Source of the DNA: an uncultured Planctomycetia bacterium
GTDB taxonomy: Bacteria; Planctomycetota; MHYJ01; WSZJ01; CAZWCX01
Direction of reading: 5' to 3'
Assembly (NCBI GenBank): GCA_964632945.1
Contig: CAZWCX010000020.1
Span: 8,596 to 72,595, forward strand
DNA: 64,000 nt
The position numbers were made by a program, and so were the translations under genes. Of the stretch, positions 17,854 to 27,275 are shown in pieces. The notes under the pieces are model-generated. The model was not told the DNA's origin. It saw only the letters and a list, made by a program, of their open reading frames with translations, and did not search any database. Within the stretch, counting starts at the first letter, position 1, and every line of letters begins with the position of its first letter.

Positions 17854-18204
17854 CTATCGATGCTGCCAGCACCGACCGCCGCCCTTGACCATCCGACGGC
17901 ACGGGGCGCCGGTCGTCTTCGTCGGCGCGCCGCACGGATGGCTCATCCCGGAATCCGCCCCGGGGTCCGGCCTTGGCTCGGATCCGGGGCGGACCGCCGG
18001 GGCGTCGACCCGACCCGTCCGTTCCCATCGCTCGATCCGCGCCTCGAGTTGCTCGACGCGCAGCCACAACCGGTCGAACTCTTCGGCCGTGGGACGCCCG
18101 GCAGCAAGGGGGGCCGGATCCTCCTCTGCTCCCACGATCGCCCATCCGGCGAGCAGGACGAGCAGCGCCACGAGAACGGGTCCGTATCGACGGGGTGCGG
18201 GCAT
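17854..18204 (-). CDS. Small protein with N-terminal TM/signal, coiled coil and C-terminal Cys cluster
   Basis: MPAPRRYGPVLVALLVLLAGWAIVGA, then EEFDRLWLRVEQLEARIERWERTG (coiled coil), then the C-terminus CGAPTKTTGAPCRRMVKGGGRCWQH. The ATG at 18202-18204 is preceded by GGAGGAG. It is the first gene of the three-gene operon. Confidence 0.5.
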   Translation of the reverse strand: MPAPRRYGPVLVALLVLLAGWAIVGAEEDPAPLAAGRPTAEEFDRLWLRVEQLEARIERWERTGRVDAPAVRPGSEPRPDPGADSGMSHPCGAPTKTTGAPCRRMVKGGGRCWQHR

Positions 18205-18480
18205 GGGTGTCTCCTCCAATCGACAGACGAAGGGCGATTCCGAACCTCCCACCCCCGCGGCTTCCTGCCGCGGCGCACCGGCAGCGGGCGACGGCCGATT
18301 CCCCGGGAGCCCCCGGCGCGCCGGTGGGCGGAGACTACGACAACGGATGGACAGGATAGGTCCCGCAGGGCGGAAAATTTTTTCGGCCCCGGGATTTCGG
18401 GCTTGTGGGACCTCCCCTGTCACTCGGGTCCGCTACACTTCCTCCCGTCCGAATGCCGGTGCGAACGCGAAGGGACCGCC

Positions 18481-20889
18481 ATGGAAGATTCGCCGCTCTT
18501 CCTCGGGATCGACTTCGGGACTTCGAACTCGTCGGTCGCCCACGTCTACCATGATCCCCGCTACGCAGACCAAAAGGTCATTCCCGTACAGACGGTTCCC
18601 ATCCCCCTGGACGAGGCGGGGAACGTCGCCACCAACCGGATGCCGACGCTCCTTTCCACGCGGTTCGACGATCGGCGCGCCAAAGGATTTCTCGTCGGCT
18701 GGGAGTTCTTCCAGCGCTTCGGACGCCGCAAGAAGTCTCCCCTTCTCCGCCGCGGTCGCGACCTCTTCGAATCGGTGAAGTCCGACCTCGGCTCGTTCCG
18801 CATCTACCCGTACGCGGCCGCGCCGGAGTGCAACATGCCCGAGAAGGTGGCCGAGGCGGTGTTCGCGCGGTTGCTGCGGGAGGTCACGCCCCGACTTCCG
18901 GGAGCCAGCCCGGGCGCGGTCCGCACCGTCATCACGGTCCCCGCCTCGCTCAACGCCGAGGCGCGCCGCCAGACCCTCGAAGCCGCCGTGCGGGCCGGGC
19001 TCGTCGCCGACCGCGTCGAGCTGATCGATGAACCGATCGCCGCCCTGCTCGATCTCCTCAACGACCCGCGCTCCTGCGCCGTGCTCGCGCCGGGAAAGCC
19101 GACCCACGTCCTCGTGTTCGATTACGGCGGCGGAACCCTGGACCTCTGTCTGGTCCGGTGCGCATACGACTCATCCTGCTCGAGCGGACTTACCGCGGAA
19201 ACGCTGGCGATCTCCCGATATCGGCGCAACGGCGGGAATGATGTCGATCGGCAGGTGATGGCGCGCGTCGTCTGGCCTCAGGTCGAAGAGCAGCTGGGGA
19301 TCCTGCGGACCGGGTTGCGCGCGGACGTGCGCCAGGCGGTCGAGGACACCCTGACACCCACGGTCGCCCGGGGGCTCAAGGAAGGCATCTGCAAGCGGAT
19401 CGCCCGGGACGTCAGTGCAGGGAGACCTCTCTCCCGGCTGTCCGCAGACCTGAGCGAAATCGTGAAGTCCGACGGGACGTTCACCGACGAAGGCCTCCCG
19501 GCGCCGATCGAGGGAAAATTCAAGATCACCAAGGCCCAGTTCGACCAGGTGATGTCCCCGTTCCTGACCGCGCCCTCCCCGGATCCCGCGACGTGGGGCG
19601 ACGAACGCGTTCGTCACTCGCTGGTCCTGCCGATCCTCGAGACCCTCGACAAGGCGGGTCTCGGTCCGGGCGATCTCGACGTGCTCGTACTCCACGGCGG
19701 GAGCTGCCGGAACCCTCATGTCCAAGCGGGCCTGCTGGGGATCCTGGCCGAGGCGGACGGCCGATTTGCGCAAACCCGCATCGTGGAGACCCCCGACCTC
19801 GACACCTCCGTGGCCCGGGGCGCCGCCCTGGCCTGCTATTGGAAACACGCTCGAAAGGTCGAACTGATCCGGCCCGTGGTCGCGGAAGATGTGGGCATTC
19901 TGACGCTCGGGGAACAACCGGTCTGCCTGGTCGAGAGCGGCACGCCGCTGCCGTTTCCCGAACTGGGCATCCATGCGCACCCGGAAGACTTCTTCGTCCC
20001 GCAGGCCGGCCAGCGCGAGATGCTCGTCCCCTTCTATACGGGCCGCCATGAACAGCGGCGGTCGGGGTGCGTGCGCCTGCCGTTGCCCGACGGCGTGCGC
20101 AAGGGGGAGATCGTCCGGATCAAGCTGAGCATCGACCGCGACAAGGTCTTGCACTGGTGGTTCAGCCTCTCGGGCGGCGAGTTCCGCTCGGCCCCCTCCC
20201 TCGACGACCCCTGGACCCTCCGGGAGCCCGACGTGGCGGGTCAGGCGGTCCAGAGGCATCGGAAGGAGATGCGTGACCATCTGAGCCGGCACGGATCGGT
20301 TCCGCGCGGGATGGCGGTGCGGGAAGCGCTGCTTCTCTATCACGCGGGAGATCTGGCCGAGGCGGAACTGGCGATCTTCGATTGCGTTGCCGGCGGCTCC
20401 CACGATGCCGACACGGCCAATGCGCTGTCCCTGATCTACGGCCACACCGAGGATGCGGCGGCGGAGATGTACTTCGCCGAAATGGCGGCCCGGCTTGCGC
20501 CTCGGGATCCGATCATGCTGGGCAACTATGGCGTGGTGCTCGACGACAACGGCCGCGGGGACGAAGCGGTGGCCATGCTTCGCGCGGCGCTCTCGCTCGC
20601 GCCGGACCTCTCGTATCTTCACGAGCGCCTGGGGGACCGCCTGCGCGCGGGACGGGACGAGGAAGCGGCCGTGCGGGAGTATCGCGAAGCACTGCGGATC
20701 GTCGAGCGTCGGCTGTTGGAGCGACCGGAGCGTCCGCAGAATTGGAAGGAAGCCGCCCGATTGCACTACAAACTCGGCGAGTACGATCAGGCGCGGGACG
20801 CCGCCGGTCGCGCCTCGGACGCCGGGCTCAACGAACTGTACGGCGGAGACCATCGCATGCGGATCGCCGGACCGGACAGCGGATTCTGA
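18481..20889 (+). CDS. Atypical Hsp70-family ATPase (NBD + SBD-beta-like region) with a C-terminal TPR domain
   Basis: Hsp70 phosphate-1 motif LGIDFGTSNSSVAHV and the DxGGGTxD motif VLVFDYGGGTLDLCLV. A beta-sandwich-like region follows (IVRIKLSIDRDKVLHWWFSL), with TPR-like repeats at the C-terminus. The ATG is at 18481. The 310-aa N-terminal extension of track ORF 17551..20889 overlaps minus-strand genes and I rejected it. Confidence 0.75.
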   Translation: MEDSPLFLGIDFGTSNSSVAHVYHDPRYADQKVIPVQTVPIPLDEAGNVATNRMPTLLSTRFDDRRAKGFLVGWEFFQRFGRRKKSPLLRRGRDLFESVKSDLGSFRIYPYAAAPECNMPEKVAEAVFARLLREVTPRLPGASPGAVRTVITVPASLNAEARRQTLEAAVRAGLVADRVELIDEPIAALLDLLNDPRSCAVLAPGKPTHVLVFDYGGGTLDLCLVRCAYDSSCSSGLTAETLAISRYRRNGGNDVDRQVMARVVWPQVEEQLGILRTGLRADVRQAVEDTLTPTVARGLKEGICKRIARDVSAGRPLSRLSADLSEIVKSDGTFTDEGLPAPIEGKFKITKAQFDQVMSPFLTAPSPDPATWGDERVRHSLVLPILETLDKAGLGPGDLDVLVLHGGSCRNPHVQAGLLGILAEADGRFAQTRIVETPDLDTSVARGAALACYWKHARKVELIRPVVAEDVGILTLGEQPVCLVESGTPLPFPELGIHAHPEDFFVPQAGQREMLVPFYTGRHEQRRSGCVRLPLPDGVRKGEIVRIKLSIDRDKVLHWWFSLSGGEFRSAPSLDDPWTLREPDVAGQAVQRHRKEMRDHLSRHGSVPRGMAVREALLLYHAGDLAEAELAIFDCVAGGSHDADTANALSLIYGHTEDAAAEMYFAEMAARLAPRDPIMLGNYGVVLDDNGRGDEAVAMLRAALSLAPDLSYLHERLGDRLRAGRDEEAAVREYREALRIVERRLLERPERPQNWKEAARLHYKLGEYDQARDAAGRASDAGLNELYGGDHRMRIAGPDSGF

Positions 20890-20907
20890 CCCGGGAGGAA
20901 CAGGCCA

Positions 20908-21621
20908 ATGGCGAAATCAGCCCAATCGGGCCGGCGCATCGCCGGGCGCCGGGGAACTTCCGCGCGACGCGGATCCGCGTCCCGGCGCGCCCGCCGTCCG
21001 GCGCGTTCGCCGCGCGGGAAGACCGCACGGAAGGCCGCGGGCGGGGTCCGTCCCGCGAAGGTCACGCGCAAGCTCGCAAAGCCCTCGCGCCCGCCACGGT
21101 CGCCCGCCGCATCCCGCGCGCCGGCGAGTTCCGTCGACTCGCAGCGGATCCGGGAGATCCTGGTGCGCCTGGATCGAGCGCACGCCGATCTGGTCGCGAT
21201 CGGCGCCGAACTGCGCGCCGCCGCGCACGGGATCGGCGCCGCCGCCTGCGACACGTTGCGCGGGGAATGGCTGCGCAGCCTCCTGGAACGGGACCTCCTT
21301 CGGGACTTGCAGGTGGCGCGGCAGGGAGCGACGCCGGGGGAGAACCCGGCCGCCGCAGCCGGAGGGGATCGCCTCCTGCCGGAATCGATGTTGAATTGGC
21401 TGTGCGAGAAGCTCGACCTGTTTCCGTTGCTGACCGCCGGTGAAACGATCGAGGTCCCCGCGGCCTCCCTCGGCGATTTCGACTTCGACGGGTCCGTCCC
21501 CGCGGACGCCGGCGGCCTGATCGCCCTGCGGGTCGTCGTTCCCGGCCTGCGGCTCCGGGTGGGAAAGACCGTCGTCCTCCCGCCCCGCGTGGAGCGGATC
21601 GAACCGGTCGCGCCGACGTAG
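20908..21621 (+). CDS. Hypothetical protein with an Arg/Lys-rich N-terminal half and a mixed-composition ~120-aa C-terminal domain. It is a possible partner of the Hsp70-like gene.
   Basis: The ATG at 20908 has GGGAGGA 8 nt upstream and lies 19 nt after the Hsp70-like stop. The C-terminal half has mixed composition (ESMLNWLCEKLDLFPLLTAGETIEVP...), unlike the RRRR-type overlapping antisense ORFs. Confidence 0.45.
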   Translation: MAKSAQSGRRIAGRRGTSARRGSASRRARRPARSPRGKTARKAAGGVRPAKVTRKLAKPSRPPRSPAASRAPASSVDSQRIREILVRLDRAHADLVAIGAELRAAAHGIGAAACDTLRGEWLRSLLERDLLRDLQVARQGATPGENPAAAAGGDRLLPESMLNWLCEKLDLFPLLTAGETIEVPAASLGDFDFDGSVPADAGGLIALRVVVPGLRLRVGKTVVLPPRVERIEPVAPT

Positions 21622-21738
21622 CGTTCCGCGGTCTTCCCGGCCGCCGAGAAGCGGGATCGGGGCGCGCGGGCAAGGCCGCGGATCGGCAAGGTCCGCGCGG
21701 CCCGCCGACGCCGGCACGGCGTCCGGACCCCGGGCCGC

Positions 21739-23484
21739 CTACAACTCCACCCGGTTCCGCCCGCCGGCCTTGGCGGCGTACAGGGCACGATCGGCGCGCG
21801 AGAGGAGCCCCTGCAGGTCCCGGGTCGTCGCATCCAATTCGGACACGCCGACGCTGCACGTGACCCGGATCACGTCCCCCCCGCTCGAGGGCAAGGCGAT
21901 CTCGGCAATGCGGCGGCGGAGGTCATCGGCCAGGGCGCACGCCTTCTCCAGCGAGGTCTCGGGCAGCAGGAGAATGATCTCGTCCCCGCCGAAGCGCGCG
22001 CCGATGTCGCATGCCCGCAACCGCTGGCGAATCACCTGCGCGACTTCCACGAGGACGGCGTCTCCCCGATCATGCCCGTACCGATCGTTGATCTCCTTGA
22101 ACCGGTCCAGGTCGATCATGACGGTCGAAACCGTGGTGCCGTATCGCCGCGACCGCGCCAGTTCTTCGTCGGCCCGTTCGGTCAGAAACCGACGGTTGTA
22201 GAGACTCGTCAGCGGATCCACGGTCGAAAGCCGGCGCACCTCCCGCTCGGCCTGGATCCGCTCCGTAATGTCCTTCATGAAACAATAGTGGCCCTGGAAG
22301 GTTCCCTCGGCATCCCGATCCGCGACCATGACGAGCTGCTTGAAAAACTCCGAACCGTCCTTGCGCCGCCCGCGTGCATCGATCTCGACCCTCCCCGTCG
22401 AGATCATCTGGCCGTAGGCCTCCTGCATCCGTTCGAGGTCGTCCGGGTCAACCGTCTGCTGCCATGGACGTCCGATCAGTTCTTCCGGCCGGTACCCGGC
22501 AATGTTCGCATACGCAGGGTTGACCGTCACATAACTGCCGGCCGCATCCAGCCGGGAGATCCCTTCGAGGGCGTGACTGAGGATGGCATTGAAGGCCCGC
22601 AGCTCCCGCTCGGCTTTCTTCTGATCGGTCACGTCGCGAAAGATCCCGCGGGTCGCGACCAGGCGGTCATTCTCGAACTGGCCGTTGACGCTTCCCGACA
22701 ACTCCAGGCGCCGGCCATCCCGGGCGACCAGTACGGTTTCCACGTCGCTGAGACTTTCGCCCTGCACGACGCGCCGGAACATCGCCTCGCAGTGGGCGCG
22801 ATACTCGGGATCGACCAGATCGAAGATATTCAGATTGCCGATTTCGTGGTCCGCATAGCCGAGCAGTTCGCGCCACTTCCGATTGGCGAATCGGATCCGT
22901 CCATCCGGTCCCACGCTCTGGATCAGGTCGTTGGCGTTCTCCATGAAGTCCCGGAGGCGCCTCTCCTGTTCGTGGAACAGCTTCAGCGCCCGGAGCATCT
23001 CGGCGGAACGGAGTTCCGATTCCGCCAGCGCCCCGAGATCATTCAGGATCCGCTCATCCTCCTCGGTGAAACGTCGGGGGGTGCGATCCAGAATGCAGAG
23101 CGCGCCGAGGCGCATCCCGTCCGGTCCCGCCAGGGGGCGACCGGCATAGAACCGGATTCCGGGCGGCCCTTGCACCAGGGGGTTGTCCGAGAAGCGGGAG
23201 TCGGCACGCGCATCCGGCACGACGAGAATCCGATCGGAGAGAATCGCGTGACCGCAAAACGACACGTCACGGGGCGTCGAGTCGACCTCCAACCCCTGCC
23301 GCGACTTGAACCACTGGCGAGCCGCGTCGATGAGCGTGATCAGCGCGATCGGGACGCGAAACAGTTGTTGGGCGAGGCGGGTGACGCGGTCGAACCGCTC
23401 TTCCGGCCCGCTGTCGAGAATTCCCAGCGAATGCAGGACCGCGATTCGATCCGCCTCATTCGGCGGAGCGGCGGGCACCAACAT
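21739..23484 (-). CDS. GAF-PAS-PAS-GGDEF diguanylate cyclase family protein
   Basis: N-terminal GAF, two PAS-like segments, and a GGDEF domain (RFKEINDRYGHDRGDAVL...RFGGDEIILLLPET). The signature reads GGDEI rather than GGDEF. Confidence 0.8.
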   Translation of the reverse strand: MLVPAAPPNEADRIAVLHSLGILDSGPEERFDRVTRLAQQLFRVPIALITLIDAARQWFKSRQGLEVDSTPRDVSFCGHAILSDRILVVPDARADSRFSDNPLVQGPPGIRFYAGRPLAGPDGMRLGALCILDRTPRRFTEEDERILNDLGALAESELRSAEMLRALKLFHEQERRLRDFMENANDLIQSVGPDGRIRFANRKWRELLGYADHEIGNLNIFDLVDPEYRAHCEAMFRRVVQGESLSDVETVLVARDGRRLELSGSVNGQFENDRLVATRGIFRDVTDQKKAERELRAFNAILSHALEGISRLDAAGSYVTVNPAYANIAGYRPEELIGRPWQQTVDPDDLERMQEAYGQMISTGRVEIDARGRRKDGSEFFKQLVMVADRDAEGTFQGHYCFMKDITERIQAEREVRRLSTVDPLTSLYNRRFLTERADEELARSRRYGTTVSTVMIDLDRFKEINDRYGHDRGDAVLVEVAQVIRQRLRACDIGARFGGDEIILLLPETSLEKACALADDLRRRIAEIALPSSGGDVIRVTCSVGVSELDATTRDLQGLLSRADRALYAAKAGGRNRVEL

Positions 23485-23883
23485 GCGATTTCTCTGCTGA
23501 GTGGAAAGGAAAGGGGGCTGGAATCCATGATTCCCGCCTTGCGCCGTACCGGGAATCGTACCTCATTTTCGCATGGTCGTACCATAGGCGATTCTTCGGA
23601 GTCGCTCTCCCGTGCGCGCGGGACGGTCCCGGGGGGGGGCCGCGCCCCGGGCGAGCGACGGCAAGAGCGAGGCCCTTTCACCGCCCGCGTCGGGGCGGCG
23701 GGAAATCGCCTCGCGGCCCGGTCAGGCGAATCGATTCGGGGCGTTCGGGCGTGACGCCATCCTCCCGCGAAGGCTCGGGCGGGACTGCGCCGGACGCCCT
23801 TCCCTCCGCACGGCCCTCGGCTATAATGAGGTCGGGTGGGGAATGGATCGGTCGCGTATGCCATTCACGAGGAGCGGTGTCCA

Positions 23884-26610
23884 ATGACGCGCGTCCATCC
23901 GCAGTCACCCGCGTCCCAACCGGCCCATGTCGGGACCGAAGAGCCGCCGGCGTTCGTGGAAGCCGCGGACGTCGTGGTCCGGCGGATGCGCAGCGACGCC
24001 TCCCGCGGACTCTCCTCCGACGATGCCGGCGAGCGACGGCGCACCTTCGGGTGGAATGAACTGGAGGCGGCCGAATCGGTCCCCGCCTGGCGACTTCTGC
24101 TCGCCCAGTTCGAGAACGTCCTCATCCTCATCCTGCTGGTCGCCATCGTCCTTTCCCTTCTCCTGGGCGAGACGCTCGAGGCCGCGGCGATCGCGGCGAT
24201 CACCGTCTTTTCCGTCGTGCTGGGGTTCGTTCAGGAGTACCGCGCGGAGCGCGCCATCGAGGCGCTGCGCCGCCTGTCGGCGCCCCTCGCCACGGTGGTC
24301 CGCGACGGGGAGGCGGCGCAGATTCCCAGCCGCGAGGTGGTGCCGGGAGACATCCTCCTGCTCGCCGCCGGGGATGTCGTATCCGCCGACGCGCGCCTGA
24401 TCGAGGCCGTTCACCTGCAGGTCAACGAGGCTCCCTTGACCGGGGAGTCCGTCCCCGTCGACAAGGGCGTGGAGCCCCTCGCGGATGCGACGGCCGTCCT
24501 CGGCGATCGGACCAACCTCGTTTTTCGCTCCACCGCGGTGACTCACGGCCGCGGACGCGCGATCGTGGTGACGACGGCCGGCCACACCGAAATCGGCCGA
24601 ATCCGGACCCTCCTGGAGACGGTGCAGGCGACCAAGACCCCCCTCGAGCAGAACCTGGCCCGGATCGGACGCCGCCTCGTGCAGGCGGCCCTGGCCACGG
24701 TGGCGCTGGTCGTCCTGCTGGGCGGCGCGCGCGGACTGCCGTGGACGGAAATGATCGTCTTCGGCATCGCCCTCGCCGTGGCCGTCGTTCCGGAGGCACT
24801 GCCGGCGGTCGTCACCGTTTCGTTGGCGATCGGGTCCCAGCGGATGGCCCGGCGGAATGCCTTGATTCGCCGGTTGCCGACGGTGGAGACGCTGGGCAGC
24901 ACGACCGTCATCGGCACGGACAAGACGGGCACGTTGACGACCGGGGAAATGACGGTCCGGGAACTGTACGTCGCCGGGGAGCGAATCAGCGTGACCGGGG
25001 CCGGTTACGACCCGGCCGGGAAACTCCTCCAGGGTGACGTCCCCGCGGAAGCGCCGGGAGCGCTGCAGGAATTCCTCACGGCCGCCGCGCTTTGCACGGA
25101 CGCGGAGATGAAGCGCGGGGAGGACGGACGGTGGCTGGCGCAGGGGGATCCAACCGAGGCGGCGTTGGTGGTGGCCGCCGCCAAGGCGGGTCTGGCCAAG
25201 GCCGATCTCGAGGCCGCCCATCCGCGCGTGGAGGAAATCGCGTTCTGCCCCGAGCGGAAACGGATGACGACGCTGCACGCGCGGGACGGAACGCAGACCG
25301 CCTTCGGCAAGGGCGCCCCGGAGGAGATGCTGGCCTCCTGCCTGCGCGTACGGGACGCCGGCGGGGAGACCCCGCTCGACGATTCACGGCGGGCCACCAT
25401 CCTGGAGACGGCCCAGGACATGGCCGCGCGATCCCTCCGCGTCCTGGCGGTCGCCCGCAAGGACGGAACCTCCCTCGCGGACGCCGAAACGGGAATGCTG
25501 TTCCTGGGCCTGGCCGGCTTGAACGACGCTCCGCGCCCGGAGGCCGCGGAGGCCATCCGCACCTGCCACCTCGCCGGTATCCGCCCGGTGATGATCACGG
25601 GTGACCATCCACTGACGGCGAAGGCGATTGCAACCGAACTCGGACTCCTGCGGGAAGGCGAAATCGTCACCGGCGCGGAGCTTGCCGAATTGGACGAGGG
25701 CGCTCTCGATCGCCGGGTGGACCGGATCGACGTCTATGCGCGCGTCTCCCCCGCCGACAAGCTCCGGGTGGTCGAGGCCCTGCAGCGCCGGAACCACGTG
25801 GTAGCCATGACCGGAGACGGCGTGAACGACGCGCCCGCCCTCAAGCGGGCGGACATCGGGATCGCCATGGGCGTCGCCGGCACGGACGTGGCCAAGGAGG
25901 CGGCCTCGATGACGCTCACCGACGACAACTTCGCCACCATCGTCGCCGCCATCGAGGAAGGGCGCGCGATCCTGGACAACATCCGCAAGTACCTCATGTA
26001 TCTCCTGTCCTCCAACATCGGCGAGATCGCCCTGATGGTGGCGGCCCTTCTCCTGGGACTGCCGTTGCCCCTCAGCGCCGTGCAGATCCTGTACGTCAAT
26101 CTGGCCACCGATGGGCTGCCGGCGCTGGCGCTCGCCGTCGACCCGCATGCACCGGGATTGATGCGCCGGCCGCCGCGGCGCCCCGGCTCCCAGATTCTCT
26201 CCCCGCCGATCATCGTGCTGATGCTGATCGGCGGCGCCTGGTCCGCGATCGTCAATGTCTCCCTGTTCGCCTGGGCCCTCGCTTCGGGTCGCCCCCTCCC
26301 CGAAGCCATGTCGATGGCGTTCATTTCGCTCGTCCTCATCCAGTTCTTCAAGGCCTACGGCTTTCGGTCCGAGCGCGAATCGATCACGAATCGTCCCTTC
26401 GCCAACCGGTGGCTCAATCGGGCGATCGGTTGGGAAATCGTCCTGCTCGCGCTGATCCTCTACGTGCCGGCCCTGCAGGCCCCCTTCGGCACGGTTTCCT
26501 TGCCCCTCGCCGACTGGGTCGTCCTGCTGCCGGCCGCGCTGTCGATCATTCCAGCGCTGGAGGCGGGGAAGAGCATGGTCCGGCGAGGCTGGCTCGGGTC
26601 GGTGGATTGA
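23884..26610 (+). CDS. Cation-transporting P-type ATPase (P2-type, Ca2+/Mg2+-ATPase-like)
   Basis: Phosphorylation motif DKTGTLT, the TGES-equivalent PLTGES, the hinge GDGVNDAPALKRADIGIAMG, and 10 predicted TM segments. The start ATG at 23884 has GAGGAG upstream. Confidence 0.85.
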   Translation: MTRVHPQSPASQPAHVGTEEPPAFVEAADVVVRRMRSDASRGLSSDDAGERRRTFGWNELEAAESVPAWRLLLAQFENVLILILLVAIVLSLLLGETLEAAAIAAITVFSVVLGFVQEYRAERAIEALRRLSAPLATVVRDGEAAQIPSREVVPGDILLLAAGDVVSADARLIEAVHLQVNEAPLTGESVPVDKGVEPLADATAVLGDRTNLVFRSTAVTHGRGRAIVVTTAGHTEIGRIRTLLETVQATKTPLEQNLARIGRRLVQAALATVALVVLLGGARGLPWTEMIVFGIALAVAVVPEALPAVVTVSLAIGSQRMARRNALIRRLPTVETLGSTTVIGTDKTGTLTTGEMTVRELYVAGERISVTGAGYDPAGKLLQGDVPAEAPGALQEFLTAAALCTDAEMKRGEDGRWLAQGDPTEAALVVAAAKAGLAKADLEAAHPRVEEIAFCPERKRMTTLHARDGTQTAFGKGAPEEMLASCLRVRDAGGETPLDDSRRATILETAQDMAARSLRVLAVARKDGTSLADAETGMLFLGLAGLNDAPRPEAAEAIRTCHLAGIRPVMITGDHPLTAKAIATELGLLREGEIVTGAELAELDEGALDRRVDRIDVYARVSPADKLRVVEALQRRNHVVAMTGDGVNDAPALKRADIGIAMGVAGTDVAKEAASMTLTDDNFATIVAAIEEGRAILDNIRKYLMYLLSSNIGEIALMVAALLLGLPLPLSAVQILYVNLATDGLPALALAVDPHAPGLMRRPPRRPGSQILSPPIIVLMLIGGAWSAIVNVSLFAWALASGRPLPEAMSMAFISLVLIQFFKAYGFRSERESITNRPFANRWLNRAIGWEIVLLALILYVPALQAPFGTVSLPLADWVVLLPAALSIIPALEAGKSMVRRGWLGSVD

Positions 26611-26916
26611 CCCACCGGATCGGACATCGCGGCCCGCCATGGGGGACTCGCGCGGGCGGCGCTCGCCCCGGACCGCCGTCCGCCCCCGATGCGGAAGACC
26701 CGACCCGTACTGTTTTCCCCGGATGCCGGTACAACGGGCATGAGCACCCTGACCCGGACCCTTCCCCTGCTCGTGGCCTTCGCCGTCTTCTCCACCCCTG
26801 CGGCGGGAACGATTCCCGCGTGGACCGACGGACTCGGGGACCACGAACCGATCGCCCCACTCGCCGGGTGGTTCGTCGCGCGGCGGGGACGCGCATCCCG
26901 GGCAACGGGCGAGCGG

Positions 26917-27108
26917 TCAGAACCGGCCGGAGACCGCGATCGCGCCGACGAAGAGGATCTGGAAGAAGACGCCGGCGATCAGACCCGCGAGCAGGAGGGG
27001 AACGCGCCGATTCGGGTCGACACGCATGGCACGAAGGGCGGCGCGAAGGAGGGGGTAGAGCGACAGGACCAGCAGGACGAGGATCGATTCCGCAAGGAAG
27101 CCCGACAT
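26917..27108 (-). CDS. Small (63 aa) two-TM membrane protein, hypothetical
   Basis: MSGFLAESILVLLVLSLYPLLRAALRAMRVDPNRRVPLLLAGLIAGVFFQILFVGAIAVSGRF. GGAGGTG lies upstream of the ATG. It competes with the overlapping plus ORF 26689..27414, which is acidic and low-complexity. Confidence 0.3.
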   Translation of the reverse strand: MSGFLAESILVLLVLSLYPLLRAALRAMRVDPNRRVPLLLAGLIAGVFFQILFVGAIAVSGRF

Positions 27109-27275
27109 TCCGCACCTCCGACTCGCACGCGAAACCGCCCGGCAACGCCTTCCCTACCCGACCTCCATCCGGACCGCCCCCCCCGCGCCGCGGCATCGGG
27201 GCCGGCATCGAACCGACCGCGCGCAACCTCTTCCGACCGTCGCGGCGGCCGGGGCAGGTCGCACGCGTGCGGCGC

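Noticed and set aside
17551-18480. 310-aa N-terminal extension of the Hsp70-like ORF (track start 17551)
   Set aside because: It overlaps two minus-strand genes that have strong SD sites. The sequence is R/P/A-rich. The conserved Hsp70 N-terminus (MEDSPLFLGIDFGTSNS) begins at the ATG at 18481.
19171-20853. 560-aa minus ORF
   Set aside because: It is antisense to the Hsp70-like gene and shows no motifs.
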